64,000 bases of DNA from an uncultured Ignavibacteria bacterium (GCA_937127445.1 CAKZLY010000030.1:74023-138022); one strand, 5' to 3'; positions 38,398 to 49,230 are shown, numbered from the stretch's first letter. Made by a program: numbers and translations. Notes: generated by a model not told the origin, from the letters alone.

Positions 38398-41208
38398 ATG
38401 AAAGAAAGCAAAACCAAAGATAGTGTAAAATACATTGAAATTAAACATGCACGCACTCATAATTTAAATAATATATCTGTCGCAATACCAAGAAACCAAC
38501 TTACAGTAATAACTGGGGTAAGCGGTTCGGGCAAATCCTCGCTTGCTTTCGACACACTTTATGCAGAAGGGCAAAGACGATTTGTTGAATCGCTTTCAGC
38601 ATACGCACGTCAGTTTTTAGAAAGAATAAGCAAACCAGATGTAGATAGTATCTCGGGACTTCCACCTGCAATTGCAATAGGACAGAACCCACCGGCACGC
38701 AATCCACGTTCGACTGTCGGGACAACAACCGAAATTTATGATTATATTCGTTTACTTTATGCACGAATTGGTGTTTCAATTTGTCACGGATGTGGCAAAG
38801 CGATTAGCAAAGATACGCCTCAGTCAATAGTTGAAAGCATCTTTGAAATGGAAGGAGGTTCGCGAATTTACATTCTGTTCGCACCAAGTTCTTTGTTAAA
38901 AGTTGAGGAAGAATTAGAAAAAGCCAAAAAATTGGGGTTTAATCGTGTTATAAACATTAATACTTCCGAATTAATTGATATTCACGAGCAATTGCCCGAA
39001 TGGCAGCGTTTTGAAAATAATCTATACTTTGTTGTAGATAGGCTTGTACTTCGAAAAGATGAAGAGACGCGTTCGCGACTTGTTGATTCGGTAGAAACTG
39101 CGTTTAATACAGGACAAGGACGTTGTGCAGTATATAATGATACAACAAAAAAAATTCGAAAATTCAGTAATATTTATGAATGTGCTGATTGTGGCTATGT
39201 TTATGAAGAGCCGGAGCCAAGACTATTTTCGTTCAACAATCCGAAGGGGGCGTGTCCGCATTGTCAGGGCTTTGGTCGAACAATGGGAATAGATGAAGAC
39301 TTAGTTATTCCAAATAAAAGTTTGTCAATTAGCAAAGACGCTATTTATCCATTGAAATCACCATCATTTATAAAATTTCGACAGGAGCTATTCGACGCGT
39401 GTCGGAGAAATAACATTGATTTAAGCAAGCCTTATAACGAATTGACTGAGCAGGAACTAAAAGTAATATGGGACGGCGACACAATTTATGAGGGAGTAAA
39501 TGGCTTTTTCAAAATGCTTGAAGAGAACAATTATAAAGTACAGTACAGAATAATATTGAGCAAATATCGAGGATTTACCCGATGCAAGCATTGTGGTGGT
39601 TCACGGTTGCGTACTTCGGCGCGTCAGGTGTTCGTCGGTGGCAAAAATATCCCCGAAATCATTCAGATTCCTCTCGAAAAATTGCTTGATTTCTTCAAAA
39701 AATTGGAGCTTACTTCTTACCAGAAGCAAATTTCGGAACAAATACTTCAAGAAATTGTGAAAAGATTGCAGCTTTTAGTAGATATTGGGCTCGGCTATTT
39801 GACTTTATCGAGACTATCGCATACACTTTCCGGAGGCGAAAGCCAGCGCATTAATTTAGCAACAGCACTTGGTTCGGCACTTGTTGGAACACTATATGTG
39901 CTTGATGAACCAAGTCAAGGATTACATCCTCGCGATACAGATAGATTAGTGAATATACTATTTAAATTAAGAAATATAGGGAACACTATCGTTGTAGTAG
40001 AACACGACCCGGATATTATTCGACAAGCTGATTACATCATTGATATTGGACCTCGAGCGGGAAGTTTTGGTGGAGAAATTGTTTTCAGTGGAACTTACGA
40101 TAAAATGTGGAAAAGCGGTAATTCTCTTACAGCATTATATTTATCGGGGAAAATGAAAATTCCGCTACCACAGCAAAGGCGTAAAATTACCAACGGAGGA
40201 ATTACATTTTTCACTGTTAGGCACAATAATCTTGATATTGAGAAAATTACTTTTCCGCTAAATGCTCTGGTTGTTGTAACGGGAGTAAGCGGTTCGGGGA
40301 AATCGTCGCTTGTTTATAATGTTCTATATGCAGGACTAAAAAAACAAAGCGGTTCGCCATCAAGCGAGGTAGGGCAATTTTCCAAAATTACAGGAAGCGA
40401 AAAAATTAAATTCGTAGAGATGGTAGATCAATCAAATATAGGCATTTCAACACGTTCAACACCTGCAACTTACACAAAAGTTTTCGACACAATAAGGGAA
40501 GTATTTGCTCAGACGCAAGCTGCTCGGCAGTTGGGACTGCGCCCGGGATACTTCTCGTTCAATGTTCCGGGGGGACGTTGTGATGTATGCGAAGGAGAAG
40601 GTTATGTAACGGTAGATATGCAATTTCTTCCGGATGTTCGCCTTGTATGTGAAGCTTGTGGAGGTACTCGCTACAAAAAAGAAGCACGCAATATTTATTA
40701 CAATGGGAAAAATATTGTTGATGTTCTGGATATGACAGTAGATGAAGCTGCTATATTTTTCTACGATCATCCTAAAATTATTAATAAATTGGGGATATTA
40801 CAAAAAGTTGGTCTTGGTTACTTGAAATTAGGTCAATCAAGTTCAATGCTATCGGGCGGTGAAAGTCAGAGAATTAAACTCGCCACTCATCTTGATTCAT
40901 CGGTAGAAGGTCACACATTGTTTATTTTCGATGAGCCGACAACGGGTTTGCATTTAGATGATATATCAAAATTACTTACAGCAATGCAGGAATTAGTTGA
41001 TAAAGGGCACTCAGTTGTAGTGATTGAACACAATCTTTATATTATTTCAGCAGCGGATTGGATTATTGATTTAGGTCCGGAAGCAGGAGAATTAGGTGGA
41101 AAAATAGTAGCCGAGGGGCCTCCCGAACGTATTGCAAAAGCAAAAAATTCTCATACGGGCGAATATCTTCGTAAATTTTTTGAAAATGAATATGGGGTGT
41201 CCCTTTAA
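38398..41208 (+). CDS. uvrA: Excinuclease ABC subunit A
   Basis: Two ABC modules (GVSGSGKSSLAFDTLYAEGQRRF and GVSGSGKSSLV), zinc fingers (CxxC...CxxC) and LSGGESQR signatures. Confidence 0.95.
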   Translation: MKESKTKDSVKYIEIKHARTHNLNNISVAIPRNQLTVITGVSGSGKSSLAFDTLYAEGQRRFVESLSAYARQFLERISKPDVDSISGLPPAIAIGQNPPARNPRSTVGTTTEIYDYIRLLYARIGVSICHGCGKAISKDTPQSIVESIFEMEGGSRIYILFAPSSLLKVEEELEKAKKLGFNRVININTSELIDIHEQLPEWQRFENNLYFVVDRLVLRKDEETRSRLVDSVETAFNTGQGRCAVYNDTTKKIRKFSNIYECADCGYVYEEPEPRLFSFNNPKGACPHCQGFGRTMGIDEDLVIPNKSLSISKDAIYPLKSPSFIKFRQELFDACRRNNIDLSKPYNELTEQELKVIWDGDTIYEGVNGFFKMLEENNYKVQYRIILSKYRGFTRCKHCGGSRLRTSARQVFVGGKNIPEIIQIPLEKLLDFFKKLELTSYQKQISEQILQEIVKRLQLLVDIGLGYLTLSRLSHTLSGGESQRINLATALGSALVGTLYVLDEPSQGLHPRDTDRLVNILFKLRNIGNTIVVVEHDPDIIRQADYIIDIGPRAGSFGGEIVFSGTYDKMWKSGNSLTALYLSGKMKIPLPQQRRKITNGGITFFTVRHNNLDIEKITFPLNALVVVTGVSGSGKSSLVYNVLYAGLKKQSGSPSSEVGQFSKITGSEKIKFVEMVDQSNIGISTRSTPATYTKVFDTIREVFAQTQAARQLGLRPGYFSFNVPGGRCDVCEGEGYVTVDMQFLPDVRLVCEACGGTRYKKEARNIYYNGKNIVDVLDMTVDEAAIFFYDHPKIINKLGILQKVGLGYLKLGQSSSMLSGGESQRIKLATHLDSSVEGHTLFIFDEPTTGLHLDDISKLLTAMQELVDKGHSVVVIEHNLYIISAADWIIDLGPEAGELGGKIVAEGPPERIAKAKNSHTGEYLRKFFENEYGVSL

Positions 41209-41642
41209 AATTGCTTGATCTCGAAATCATCGAACTCGAAACCGGGTGAGTTTGTGCAGCCGACAAGAGTAAATGAATTCTCTGCAATAGGTCGAGCAAC
41301 CATCCAAGTTATTCGAGGAATTAGCAATTGTGGCACTTCATTATTTAAAAGATTATTACCCAAAATTATTTCTTTTACATCATTTTCATCTTGATAGTAG
41401 CGAATAAGCAAAGGTGAACCTAAATAAAAATGCCATATTTCATCGCTTTTAAGTCTATGAACGAGATGATTTTCATTGCTTTGAAGTAGAAAGTAGATTG
41501 CAGTAGAAAAAACTCTGTCGCCATTGTATCTTTCTGGGAGTGCGAATTTTGATATTATTTCGTCTGAGCGATAGGTTTCACGGAAATAACCCCCTTCTGG
41601 ATGAGGGACTAAATTGAGCCTTTTAATAACATCATCAGCTGT
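41205..41642 (-). CDS. Cupin-fold protein of the DUF985/cupin_5 type
   Basis: MTADDVIKRLNLVPHPEGGYFRETYRS is the characteristic DUF985 start. Its stop overlaps the uvrA stop by 4 nt (convergent). Confidence 0.5.
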   Translation of the reverse strand, partial: TADDVIKRLNLVPHPEGGYFRETYRSDEIISKFALPERYNGDRVFSTAIYFLLQSNENHLVHRLKSDEIWHFYLGSPLLIRYYQDENDVKEIILGNNLLNNEVPQLLIPRITWMVARPIAENSFTLVGCTNSPGFEFDDFEIKQF

Positions 41643-41825
41643 CATTATTACACCTGCAAAAACATTCAACAAACTCAAAAGAAAGAACATTAACTTTATT
41701 TTTTATAAAAATAGTATAAATATTTTTTATACCAACATATAAATTCTTTTCAGTTGGTAAAATTTGAAAATATTACCTATATATCAATTCAATCGATGAA
41801 TTAGCAAAAACATATTCTAAAAGCA

Positions 41826-41847
41826 AAAGAGCGAGAAAATTCTCGCT
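41826..41847 (-). terminator. Terminator hairpin downstream of the HMA-domain gene
   Basis: Perfect inverted repeat agagcgagaa-aat-ttctcgctct, with a 5' A-run on the plus strand. Confidence 0.45.
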
Positions 41848-41878
41848 CTGATGAATGCTTTATGGATTTTTTTTCAGA

Positions 41879-42250
41879 TTAGTCGTTGCATTTTTTATCT
41901 TTTGAACCAGTGCAATTTTTGCTGCAACCTGATTTAGTAGATTTCACATCGGTTTTAGTGGATTTAATTTCTGCTGCATTTGCAACTGTGTAGCCTAATT
42001 TAGCAATTGAGTTTTTGATATTGTCTTCGTTAGTTTTATCAGCATCATAAGAAACGCTTACTGTTTTAGATGCTAAATCGGTATTGTATTTTACAATGCC
42101 TTTTTCGCTTTTCAAAGTTTTTTCGATTTTGCTTTTGCAACCTTCGCAAGTCATATTTACTGAAAATTTCGCCTCTTTGATATTTTCAGCAAAAAGATTG
42201 AGCGAAAGAAGAAAAGTAGCAACAAAGAATCCCAAAAATAGTTTTTTCAT
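41879..42250 (-). CDS. Secreted heavy-metal-associated (HMA) domain protein with a Cys-rich C-terminal tail
   Basis: Signal peptide, then the HMA metal-binding motif MTCEGCKSKIEKTL. The tail is GCSKNCTGSKDKKCND. Confidence 0.65.
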   Translation of the reverse strand: MKKLFLGFFVATFLLSLNLFAENIKEAKFSVNMTCEGCKSKIEKTLKSEKGIVKYNTDLASKTVSVSYDADKTNEDNIKNSIAKLGYTVANAAEIKSTKTDVKSTKSGCSKNCTGSKDKKCND

Positions 42251-42437
42251 AATAGAACCTTTAAATAAAGTTAAACAGAATTATTATCTATAACAAAATT
42301 ACATTTATTTATTGTATTAACCAAAAAATTAATTAACTCTAAATAAATATTTAGTCTCGAATAAATCAACGATTAATTTGAAACTTTATTGTTCTAAATA
42401 CGTTTTAGAAAATATCAAAAATTTAAAAAAGGAGTAT

Positions 42438-44738
42438 ATGAAAAATTATCTATTTATTTTTTTATTGATAACAATGGTGGGAAATTTATTTTCTCAAACT
42501 TCTTTAGGGACAATTTCTGGCACAGTTTCGGAAGAGAAGACAAAAGAAAATGTAATTTCTTCGACAGTTGTATTATATAAGGATTCAATATCCAGCAAAC
42601 CATTTCGTGGGACATATACTAACAAATTTGGTTATTATAGTTTCACTCAGATTCCCAATGGAGAATACATAATAGTAGCCAGAGGTGTTGGATATCAGCA
42701 ATATTCGAAGAGAATTACGCTAAAAGAGGGAGAAAATATACGTCTGAACATAAAAATGAAAACATCTGATGTTGTAACGGAAGAAGTATTAGTAACAGCG
42801 GAGCGATCTTCGGAGGAAGCAATTTCAAGAATATCGGCGGTAAATATATCACCTAATTTCATTTTCAAATTACCCTCGCTTGGAGGCGAAACAGATGTAT
42901 TCAGGGCATTGCAAACTTTGCCGGGAGTAAAGCAATCGAGCGAACTATCGAGTGGACTATATGTGAGAGGTGGTTCGCCCGATCAAAATCTTTATCTACT
43001 TGATGGAGTAATTGTATATAATCCCAATCACTTAGGCGGATTTTTGAGTGTATTCAATGGCGACGCCCTTCGCGACATTAAGTTAATAAAAGGAGCTTTT
43101 CCTGCTGAATACGGCGGAAGATTATCGAGCGTTCTTGATATGACGATGAAAGAAGGCAGAAAAGACCGTTTTGCAGCTGATGGCGGTATTAGTTTAATTA
43201 GTTCTCGTCTTACTCTGGAAGGCCCCATAGGTGAAAATACGTCATTTATGTTGTCGGGAAGAAGAATGTATTTAGATATTCTAACTGCTATGTTTGTCTC
43301 CAAGGATGAAGTTCCAAATTATTATTTTTATGATTTGAATGCAAAAGTTAATCATAAAATTTCGGATAATTCTCATATTTTTCTGAGTGGTTTCTTGTGT
43401 CGGGACGTCTTGGAATCACCCGATGAAGAAGAAATGAAGTTTGATATTAACTGGGGAAATAAAACGTCGAATTTTCGATGGCTGTATATTGTATCGCCGA
43501 TATTATTTACAAATTTTTCGCTTATTTATACAGATTATACATTCAGAACAGACATTTACGATAAAAAGAACGTTTCAAATAATTTTATAATTAAATCTCA
43601 AATTCGAGATTGGACTTTTCGAGCAGAAGCACAATATTTCCCATCGAAAAACCATAAGATAAAGACAGGGCTTGAAGCAATTAATCACCGCTTTTTAGCT
43701 AAAACAGCTTATAATTTTGAAAACAATCTGGAAATTCCATTCAACAGCAAAGACGCAACGAGTATGGAACTATCTTATTATCTACAAGATGAATGGGAAA
43801 TATCTGATAGATTTACTGCAAATATTGGTTCGCGACTATATTATTTTGAAGAAGCAAACTATTTTCGCTACGAACCACGATTATCTGCAACTTATAAAAT
43901 TGCAGATAATACAAGTTTTAAAACTTCGGTTGCTATGGCTCATCAGTTTCTACACTTGATTATTAGAAATGATATTTCAATAATGACAGACCTTTGGTTC
44001 CCATCAACGAAAAATATTATTCCGAGCCGTTCAACGCAAGGAGTTATTGGATTAGAGCAATTATTTGACGACGGGAAGTATTTGCTTTCGTTAGAAGCGT
44101 ACTATAAAAAAATGAATAACCTGTATGAATATAAGGATTCGGCAACATTTTCTTTTGGGATTCCACTTGAAAATCAATTCACAAGAGGTAACGGAGAGGC
44201 TTATGGAGTGGAAGTATTTTTCAATAAACGTTTGGGGAATCTAACTGGATGGATAGGCTATACACTATCCTGGACAAAACGTAAATTTAATGAACTCAAC
44301 GAAGGGAAGCCATTTTATCCGAGGTACGACCGTCGCCACGATGTTAACATAGTTTTAGTATATGAAATCAGTCCATCTTGGGAAATAGGTGCAACTTGGT
44401 ATTATGGAACAGGTCAGGCTTATACAATGCCGACTGGTTCTTTCCGTTTTGAAGAGATAGGTTTATCGCCATACGAAGATATAAAATATCAGTATACAGA
44501 ACGAAATGGAGCACGATTACCTGCTTTCCATAAATTGGATCTAAATATTATTCATCATTTTGAATGGCTTACGATACCCTGGTCAATATCACTTAACATA
44601 TACAATGCTTACAACAGACGTAACCCATTCGCTTGGTATATTTCAACTGATTATGATGGGATGACTGAAACAAAGAAATTGAAGCAGTTAACACTATTCC
44701 CACTGATCCCAACCATTGGATTAAATTTCAAAATATAG
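42438..44738 (+). CDS. TonB-dependent outer-membrane receptor with an N-terminal carboxypeptidase-regulatory-like domain
   Basis: Signal peptide, CarbopepD_reg-like segment (GTISGTVSEEKTKENVISSTVVLY...NGEYIIVARGVGYQ), then TonB plug motifs (DGVIVYNPNHLGGF). The ATG at 42438 follows GGAG. Confidence 0.75.
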   Translation: MKNYLFIFLLITMVGNLFSQTSLGTISGTVSEEKTKENVISSTVVLYKDSISSKPFRGTYTNKFGYYSFTQIPNGEYIIVARGVGYQQYSKRITLKEGENIRLNIKMKTSDVVTEEVLVTAERSSEEAISRISAVNISPNFIFKLPSLGGETDVFRALQTLPGVKQSSELSSGLYVRGGSPDQNLYLLDGVIVYNPNHLGGFLSVFNGDALRDIKLIKGAFPAEYGGRLSSVLDMTMKEGRKDRFAADGGISLISSRLTLEGPIGENTSFMLSGRRMYLDILTAMFVSKDEVPNYYFYDLNAKVNHKISDNSHIFLSGFLCRDVLESPDEEEMKFDINWGNKTSNFRWLYIVSPILFTNFSLIYTDYTFRTDIYDKKNVSNNFIIKSQIRDWTFRAEAQYFPSKNHKIKTGLEAINHRFLAKTAYNFENNLEIPFNSKDATSMELSYYLQDEWEISDRFTANIGSRLYYFEEANYFRYEPRLSATYKIADNTSFKTSVAMAHQFLHLIIRNDISIMTDLWFPSTKNIIPSRSTQGVIGLEQLFDDGKYLLSLEAYYKKMNNLYEYKDSATFSFGIPLENQFTRGNGEAYGVEVFFNKRLGNLTGWIGYTLSWTKRKFNELNEGKPFYPRYDRRHDVNIVLVYEISPSWEIGATWYYGTGQAYTMPTGSFRFEEIGLSPYEDIKYQYTERNGARLPAFHKLDLNIIHHFEWLTIPWSISLNIYNAYNRRNPFAWYISTDYDGMTETKKLKQLTLFPLIPTIGLNFKI

Positions 44739-44746
44739 GTGATAAA

Positions 44747-45553
44747 ATGAAAAAAATATACATTGTTCTATCATTATTATTAGGCTTTGGATTATCTTCG
44801 TGCGAAGAAGAAGTAACGAGCGTTACTTTACCATATCGCGAGCAGTTGGTAATTCGGGCAGTTCTTCAAGCAGGGGAAAAAATAGAAGACATTCGAGTCG
44901 AAAGAACAATTCCACCGTTAGAAAATTATACTGTTGAGAAAGCATTAGTCAAAGATGCTGTTTTGATTATTGAAGATGGTGAGCAATTCGACACATTAAC
45001 ATACAAAAACGGTTTCTATAATTCGAAATTAACAGCACAGCCAGGAAAACTATATAAATTATACGCATATTGGAAGCAACATAAAGCATACGGAGAGACA
45101 ATAGTTCCGGAGCCCGTTAGTTTTGACAATGTTTTTGTTGAGTTTCAAAAATTATTCGAAGGATATTATAAGGCATCAGTATACACATATATAGCACCTA
45201 ACGAAAACTATGTATATACGGCTGGAATATCATTCGATAATATAATTTATGGCAATTACGATGAAATATATACTTATTCGCGACGCACATCAGATAATAA
45301 ATTAAAAATATATTTTGCATATGTTGGTGGGAATGATACACTTGTATTAAAAAAGCGATTAAACAATTATAAATTTGTAATTTTGAATTATGACAAGCAA
45401 TATTATGATTATTTTATAACTCGAAATAATGGCAATAGCGACGATGATATTTTTGGTAATGTTGGCTCAAACGTTCGCTGGAATATTAAAGGAGACGGAA
45501 TTGGTATGTTCATCGGAAGCAATATAGTTGCAAAAAAAGCTAAAATAAATTAA
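44747..45553 (+). CDS. Lipoprotein, DUF4249-like partner of the TonB-dependent receptor
   Basis: Lipobox LLGFGLSSCEEE, 8 nt downstream of the receptor gene. This pairing is typical of Bacteroidota-type receptor loci. Confidence 0.45.
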   Translation: MKKIYIVLSLLLGFGLSSCEEEVTSVTLPYREQLVIRAVLQAGEKIEDIRVERTIPPLENYTVEKALVKDAVLIIEDGEQFDTLTYKNGFYNSKLTAQPGKLYKLYAYWKQHKAYGETIVPEPVSFDNVFVEFQKLFEGYYKASVYTYIAPNENYVYTAGISFDNIIYGNYDEIYTYSRRTSDNKLKIYFAYVGGNDTLVLKKRLNNYKFVILNYDKQYYDYFITRNNGNSDDDIFGNVGSNVRWNIKGDGIGMFIGSNIVAKKAKIN

Positions 45554-45564
45554 GGAGGCAAAAG

Positions 45565-46887
45565 GTGAAAAAAACGCTGGTTTGTTTGGCTTTATCAATT
45601 ATTTTTTTTGTCAATTCAGTTTATTCGGAAGAATCAGAGCAGATTGCTTTGAAATTTTTGAATTTGTTGAAACAAGAAAAATTTTTAGAAGCTGAAAAAA
45701 TGGTAGCAGAAGGTGCATTGAAATATCTTTCTGCTGATAAGACAAAGGAATTTTGGCTTCAGCTCGATAGTCGCTATGGAAAAGTAGTTAAATTCGGCAC
45801 ACCTGAAAAGCAAAAATCTTTGAAGAACAATATTTATCTGATTAAATTTTATTTTGCAAACGACTCACTAAACTGTCGTATAGTTGTAGATGAGACGCAA
45901 AAGATTTCGGCTATGTTGTTCGTTCCGTTTGCTCGTAATTATTCTTTTGCTTTGCCAAATTATGCTGATACAACAAAGTTTTACGAGATAGAAACAACAT
46001 TTGGTGTTCCTGGCTGGGAACTACCTGCCAAAATCACAATTCCGCATAGACCAGGGCAATATCCAGCTGTAGTGTTAGTTCATGGTTCAGGACCGAACGA
46101 TATGGACGAAACCATTGGAGGGCACAAAGTTTTTCGGGATATAGCGTATGGACTTTCGAGCAATGGAATAGTTGTATTTCGCTATGAGAAGCGCACTCGT
46201 GAATATCCAAGTAAAATTGCACAGGATTACAACAATTTAACAGTTTGGGAAGAAACAATGGAGGACGCAATCAAGGCAGTTGCGTATTTACAAGAGCAAG
46301 ATTATGTAGATCCTTACAAGATCTATGTATTAGGTCATAGCCTTGGAGGACACATCGCTCCACGCATAGCACAATCATATAGTGGAATTTCGGGAATAAT
46401 AATCATGAATGGCAATGCGCGTAAACTTCATCAAATAGTGCTTGATCAATATGAATACATCTTTAATTTAGATGGGAAAATTAATGAATACGAAGCCAGC
46501 GAACTAAAAAAAGTTCGCCATCAGATAGATTTACTTGAAAAAGGAGAATTCACAGATTCAACTTCCCGCGATTCACTGCTTCTTATGTTGCCACCAAAAT
46601 ACTGGGAGGACTTGACGAAATATAACCCCGTAGAAATCACTAAAAATCTGGAAATACCTATACTAATTTTAGCAGCAGAGAACGACTATCAAATTCTACC
46701 GTTGGAGTATGAGATATGGAAGAAAAATCTTGGAAATAGGAATAATGTTTCGTTCAAAATGTTTCCAAAGCTTAATCATCTGATGGTATATTCGCCCAAA
46801 AAATCAAAACCTGCGGACTACGAACAAGAGGGCAATGTAAGCGAAGAAGTAATAAAAACTATTATTGAGTGGATAAAAAGAAAGTAA
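45565..46887 (+). CDS. Secreted alpha/beta-hydrolase-fold serine hydrolase with an N-terminal ~120-aa accessory domain
   Basis: GTG start after AAGGAGG. Signal peptide, nucleophile elbow GHSLGGH, and the downstream acid/His region (..DYQI...NHLMV). Confidence 0.65.
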   Translation: MKKTLVCLALSIIFFVNSVYSEESEQIALKFLNLLKQEKFLEAEKMVAEGALKYLSADKTKEFWLQLDSRYGKVVKFGTPEKQKSLKNNIYLIKFYFANDSLNCRIVVDETQKISAMLFVPFARNYSFALPNYADTTKFYEIETTFGVPGWELPAKITIPHRPGQYPAVVLVHGSGPNDMDETIGGHKVFRDIAYGLSSNGIVVFRYEKRTREYPSKIAQDYNNLTVWEETMEDAIKAVAYLQEQDYVDPYKIYVLGHSLGGHIAPRIAQSYSGISGIIIMNGNARKLHQIVLDQYEYIFNLDGKINEYEASELKKVRHQIDLLEKGEFTDSTSRDSLLLMLPPKYWEDLTKYNPVEITKNLEIPILILAAENDYQILPLEYEIWKKNLGNRNNVSFKMFPKLNHLMVYSPKKSKPADYEQEGNVSEEVIKTIIEWIKRK

Positions 46888-46902
46888 AAAAATTGATAAA
46901 AT

Positions 46903-46934
46903 CAAAAAAGAGGCTGAAAATCAGCCTCTTTTAT
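46903..46934. terminator. Bidirectional rho-independent terminator between the hydrolase gene (+) and gcvPB (-)
   Basis: Stem agaggctga(46909-46917)/tcagcctct(46921-46929) with loop aaa, flanked by an A-run and a T-run. Confidence 0.55.
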
Positions 46935-46956
46935 TATATCAATTTCAACGAAAGAA

Positions 46957-48396
46957 TTACCATCTAACGTTAATCTTACGAGCAGCAAGAGCGTCATCCA
47001 ACCTTCTTACTGGTGTTGTAGTTGGAGCGGAAAGAACAAGTTCTTTATTTGTTTTTGCTTCGTTGGAAATTTTGATTAAAGCTTCGGCAAAAAGTTCGAG
47101 ATTTTCTTTTGATTCGGTTTCAGTAGGTTCAACCAGCATAGCTTCGTGAACAATAAGCGGGAAGTAAATAGTAGGAGCGTGGAAACCATAATCAAGAAGA
47201 CGTTTTGCAATGTCTTTGGCGGAGACATCGTATTCTTTCTGATAATCAGCCGAGCAAACAAATTCGTGCATGCAAAACTCTTTGTAAGGCATCAAATATT
47301 CGTGTTCGATTAATTTCATTAAATAGTTTGCATTGATAATAGCATTTTCGCTAACACGGCGTAGATTTTCCTTACCAAGCATACGCATATATGTGTAAGC
47401 ACGCACGACAACACCATAGTTGCCAAAAAAGGCGTGCATACTACCGATTGTTTTTTCTGTATCGCGAACGATAATGAATCTTTCTCCTTCTTTTCTTACT
47501 TGAGGAACTGGTAGAAATGGGATAAGTTTTTCACTTACGCAAATTGGGCCGGAGCCGGGTCCGCCACCACCGTGAGGAGTGGAGAAAGTTTTATGCAAGT
47601 TAATATGAACACAATCGAAGCCCATATCGCCGGGGCGGACAATACCGAGAAGTGCGTTTAAGTTAGCACCATCCATATACATAAGTCCGCCACAACCGTG
47701 GATAATTTTCTCAATTTCACGAATGTTTGTTTCGAATACACCAACTGTATTAGGATTTGTAATCATAAATCCTGCAACAGTATCATTAGCTTTGTTACGA
47801 AGGTCGTCAATATCTATGCGACCATCAGGAAGACTATTGACAGTAACAACCTGAAAGCCAGCGATAGCAGCAGAAGCAGGATTAGTTCCGTGAGCGGAAT
47901 CTGGAATAAGAACAACATTTCGCTTATCATTACCACGATCTTTATGATAAGCACGGAAAAGCAAAATTCCAGTAAGTTCGCCTTGGGAACCAGCTGAAGG
48001 CTGCAATGTAACGCCTTGAAGTCCGGTAACTTCCTTTAAAAATTCTCCACATTCATAAAGTACGCGAAGAGCGCCCTGAACGTGTTCATCTTGTGAGCAA
48101 GGATGAATTTCAGCAAAACCGGGCATCGATGCAACTTTTTCATTGACCTTAGGATTGTATTTCATTGTACAAGAACCGAGTGGATAAACTCCATCCTCGA
48201 TGGAATAATTAAGTTTGGAGAGTTTCACAAAATGGCGGGAGACCTCATTTTCGCTAATTTCAGGCAAATTAGGTTCGCTTTTACGTAAAAATTTATCAGG
48301 TATAAGATTAGATAATTCAGCAACAGGGACATCGAGCTGTGGCAGAGTATAGCCGCGTCTGCCGGGGCGAGATTTTTCAATTATCAACTTTTCCAT
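46957..48396 (-). CDS. gcvPB: Glycine dehydrogenase (decarboxylating) subunit 2 (glycine cleavage P-protein, C-terminal subunit)
   Basis: MEKLIIEKSRPGRRGY, the PLP-lysine region NLHKTFSTPHGGGGPG, and ~479 aa. Confidence 0.9.
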   Translation of the reverse strand: MEKLIIEKSRPGRRGYTLPQLDVPVAELSNLIPDKFLRKSEPNLPEISENEVSRHFVKLSKLNYSIEDGVYPLGSCTMKYNPKVNEKVASMPGFAEIHPCSQDEHVQGALRVLYECGEFLKEVTGLQGVTLQPSAGSQGELTGILLFRAYHKDRGNDKRNVVLIPDSAHGTNPASAAIAGFQVVTVNSLPDGRIDIDDLRNKANDTVAGFMITNPNTVGVFETNIREIEKIIHGCGGLMYMDGANLNALLGIVRPGDMGFDCVHINLHKTFSTPHGGGGPGSGPICVSEKLIPFLPVPQVRKEGERFIIVRDTEKTIGSMHAFFGNYGVVVRAYTYMRMLGKENLRRVSENAIINANYLMKLIEHEYLMPYKEFCMHEFVCSADYQKEYDVSAKDIAKRLLDYGFHAPTIYFPLIVHEAMLVEPTETESKENLELFAEALIKISNEAKTNKELVLSAPTTTPVRRLDDALAARKINVRW

Positions 48397-49219
48397 CGTG
48401 CTTTTCTTTTATATTAGTGAATAAATTAAGTTCGATAGCATTGTGAGCAGCCTCTTGTTCAGCAGTTTTTTTATTTTTCCCACTACCTGTCCCAAGAAGA
48501 ACATTCTCAAGATAAACACCAACTTCAAAATGCTTGCAATGGTCGGGACCGCTTTCGGAGAGCACTTTATAAACAGGAGATGAGAATCCTAAACTTTGAA
48601 CTTTTTCGAGCAAAAGGCTTTTATAATTAGTATCAACAATAAGATTAGATTGAACGATAATAGGGACCAAAACTTCAACAACAAAGCATCGAGCATTTTG
48701 GAAACCAGAATCTAAGTAAATAGCGGCAATAATTGCTTCGATAGTATCGGCAACAATTGAATCGCTACCATCTTTGAGCGCTTTCTCGGCACTGAAACTG
48801 AGCATAATGTATTTATCAATACCGAGAGAGAACCCACAATGAGAGAGCGAATGGCTATTGACCAAACGAGAACGAAGTTTAGTAAGTTCGCCTTCGCTAA
48901 ATTCTGGATTTGATTTGAACAAAAAATCAGAAACAATAAGATTAAGCAGAGAATCGCCTAAAAATTCTAATCTTTCGTTTGAGCGAAAACCACCTTCCAA
49001 ACCAATCACAGTAAGGTAGGAACGGTGAATAAGCGCTTGTTCAAAAATACCTACAGAATTAATTTTAGTTTGAAGAATATTTTCGAGTTCTATTTTTTTT
49101 TCAGATGATAAAAAGCCAACCACCGGGAAAAAATCCGGGTGATTGGCATTCGTATCAAGTGTTCTAAGATTAAGAATCTTAGAAAAAGTAGAGAACAATT
49201 TAGTAAATAAGTCTTTCAT
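48377..49219 (-). CDS. rnc: Ribonuclease III
   Basis: Catalytic signature ERLEFLGDSLL, and a C-terminal dsRBD (GSGKNKKTAEQEAA). Start trimmed to the ATG at 49219. The 3' end overlaps the gcvPB start by 20 nt. Confidence 0.85.
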   Translation of the reverse strand: MKDLFTKLFSTFSKILNLRTLDTNANHPDFFPVVGFLSSEKKIELENILQTKINSVGIFEQALIHRSYLTVIGLEGGFRSNERLEFLGDSLLNLIVSDFLFKSNPEFSEGELTKLRSRLVNSHSLSHCGFSLGIDKYIMLSFSAEKALKDGSDSIVADTIEAIIAAIYLDSGFQNARCFVVEVLVPIIVQSNLIVDTNYKSLLLEKVQSLGFSSPVYKVLSESGPDHCKHFEVGVYLENVLLGTGSGKNKKTAEQEAAHNAIELNLFTNIKEKHDGKVDN

Positions 49220-49230
49220 TTGTCCAAAGA

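Noticed and set aside
36139-41208. uvrB-uvrA adjacency as a novel operon
   Set aside because: Both are full-length canonical genes separated by a 216-bp AT-rich spacer, likely with its own promoter. Adjacency of NER genes is unremarkable.
42251-42437. Possible riboswitch or leader upstream of the TonB-dependent receptor
   Set aside because: The region is uniformly AT-rich, with no conserved riboswitch core (B12, TPP, SAM and the like) and no convincing stem-loops.
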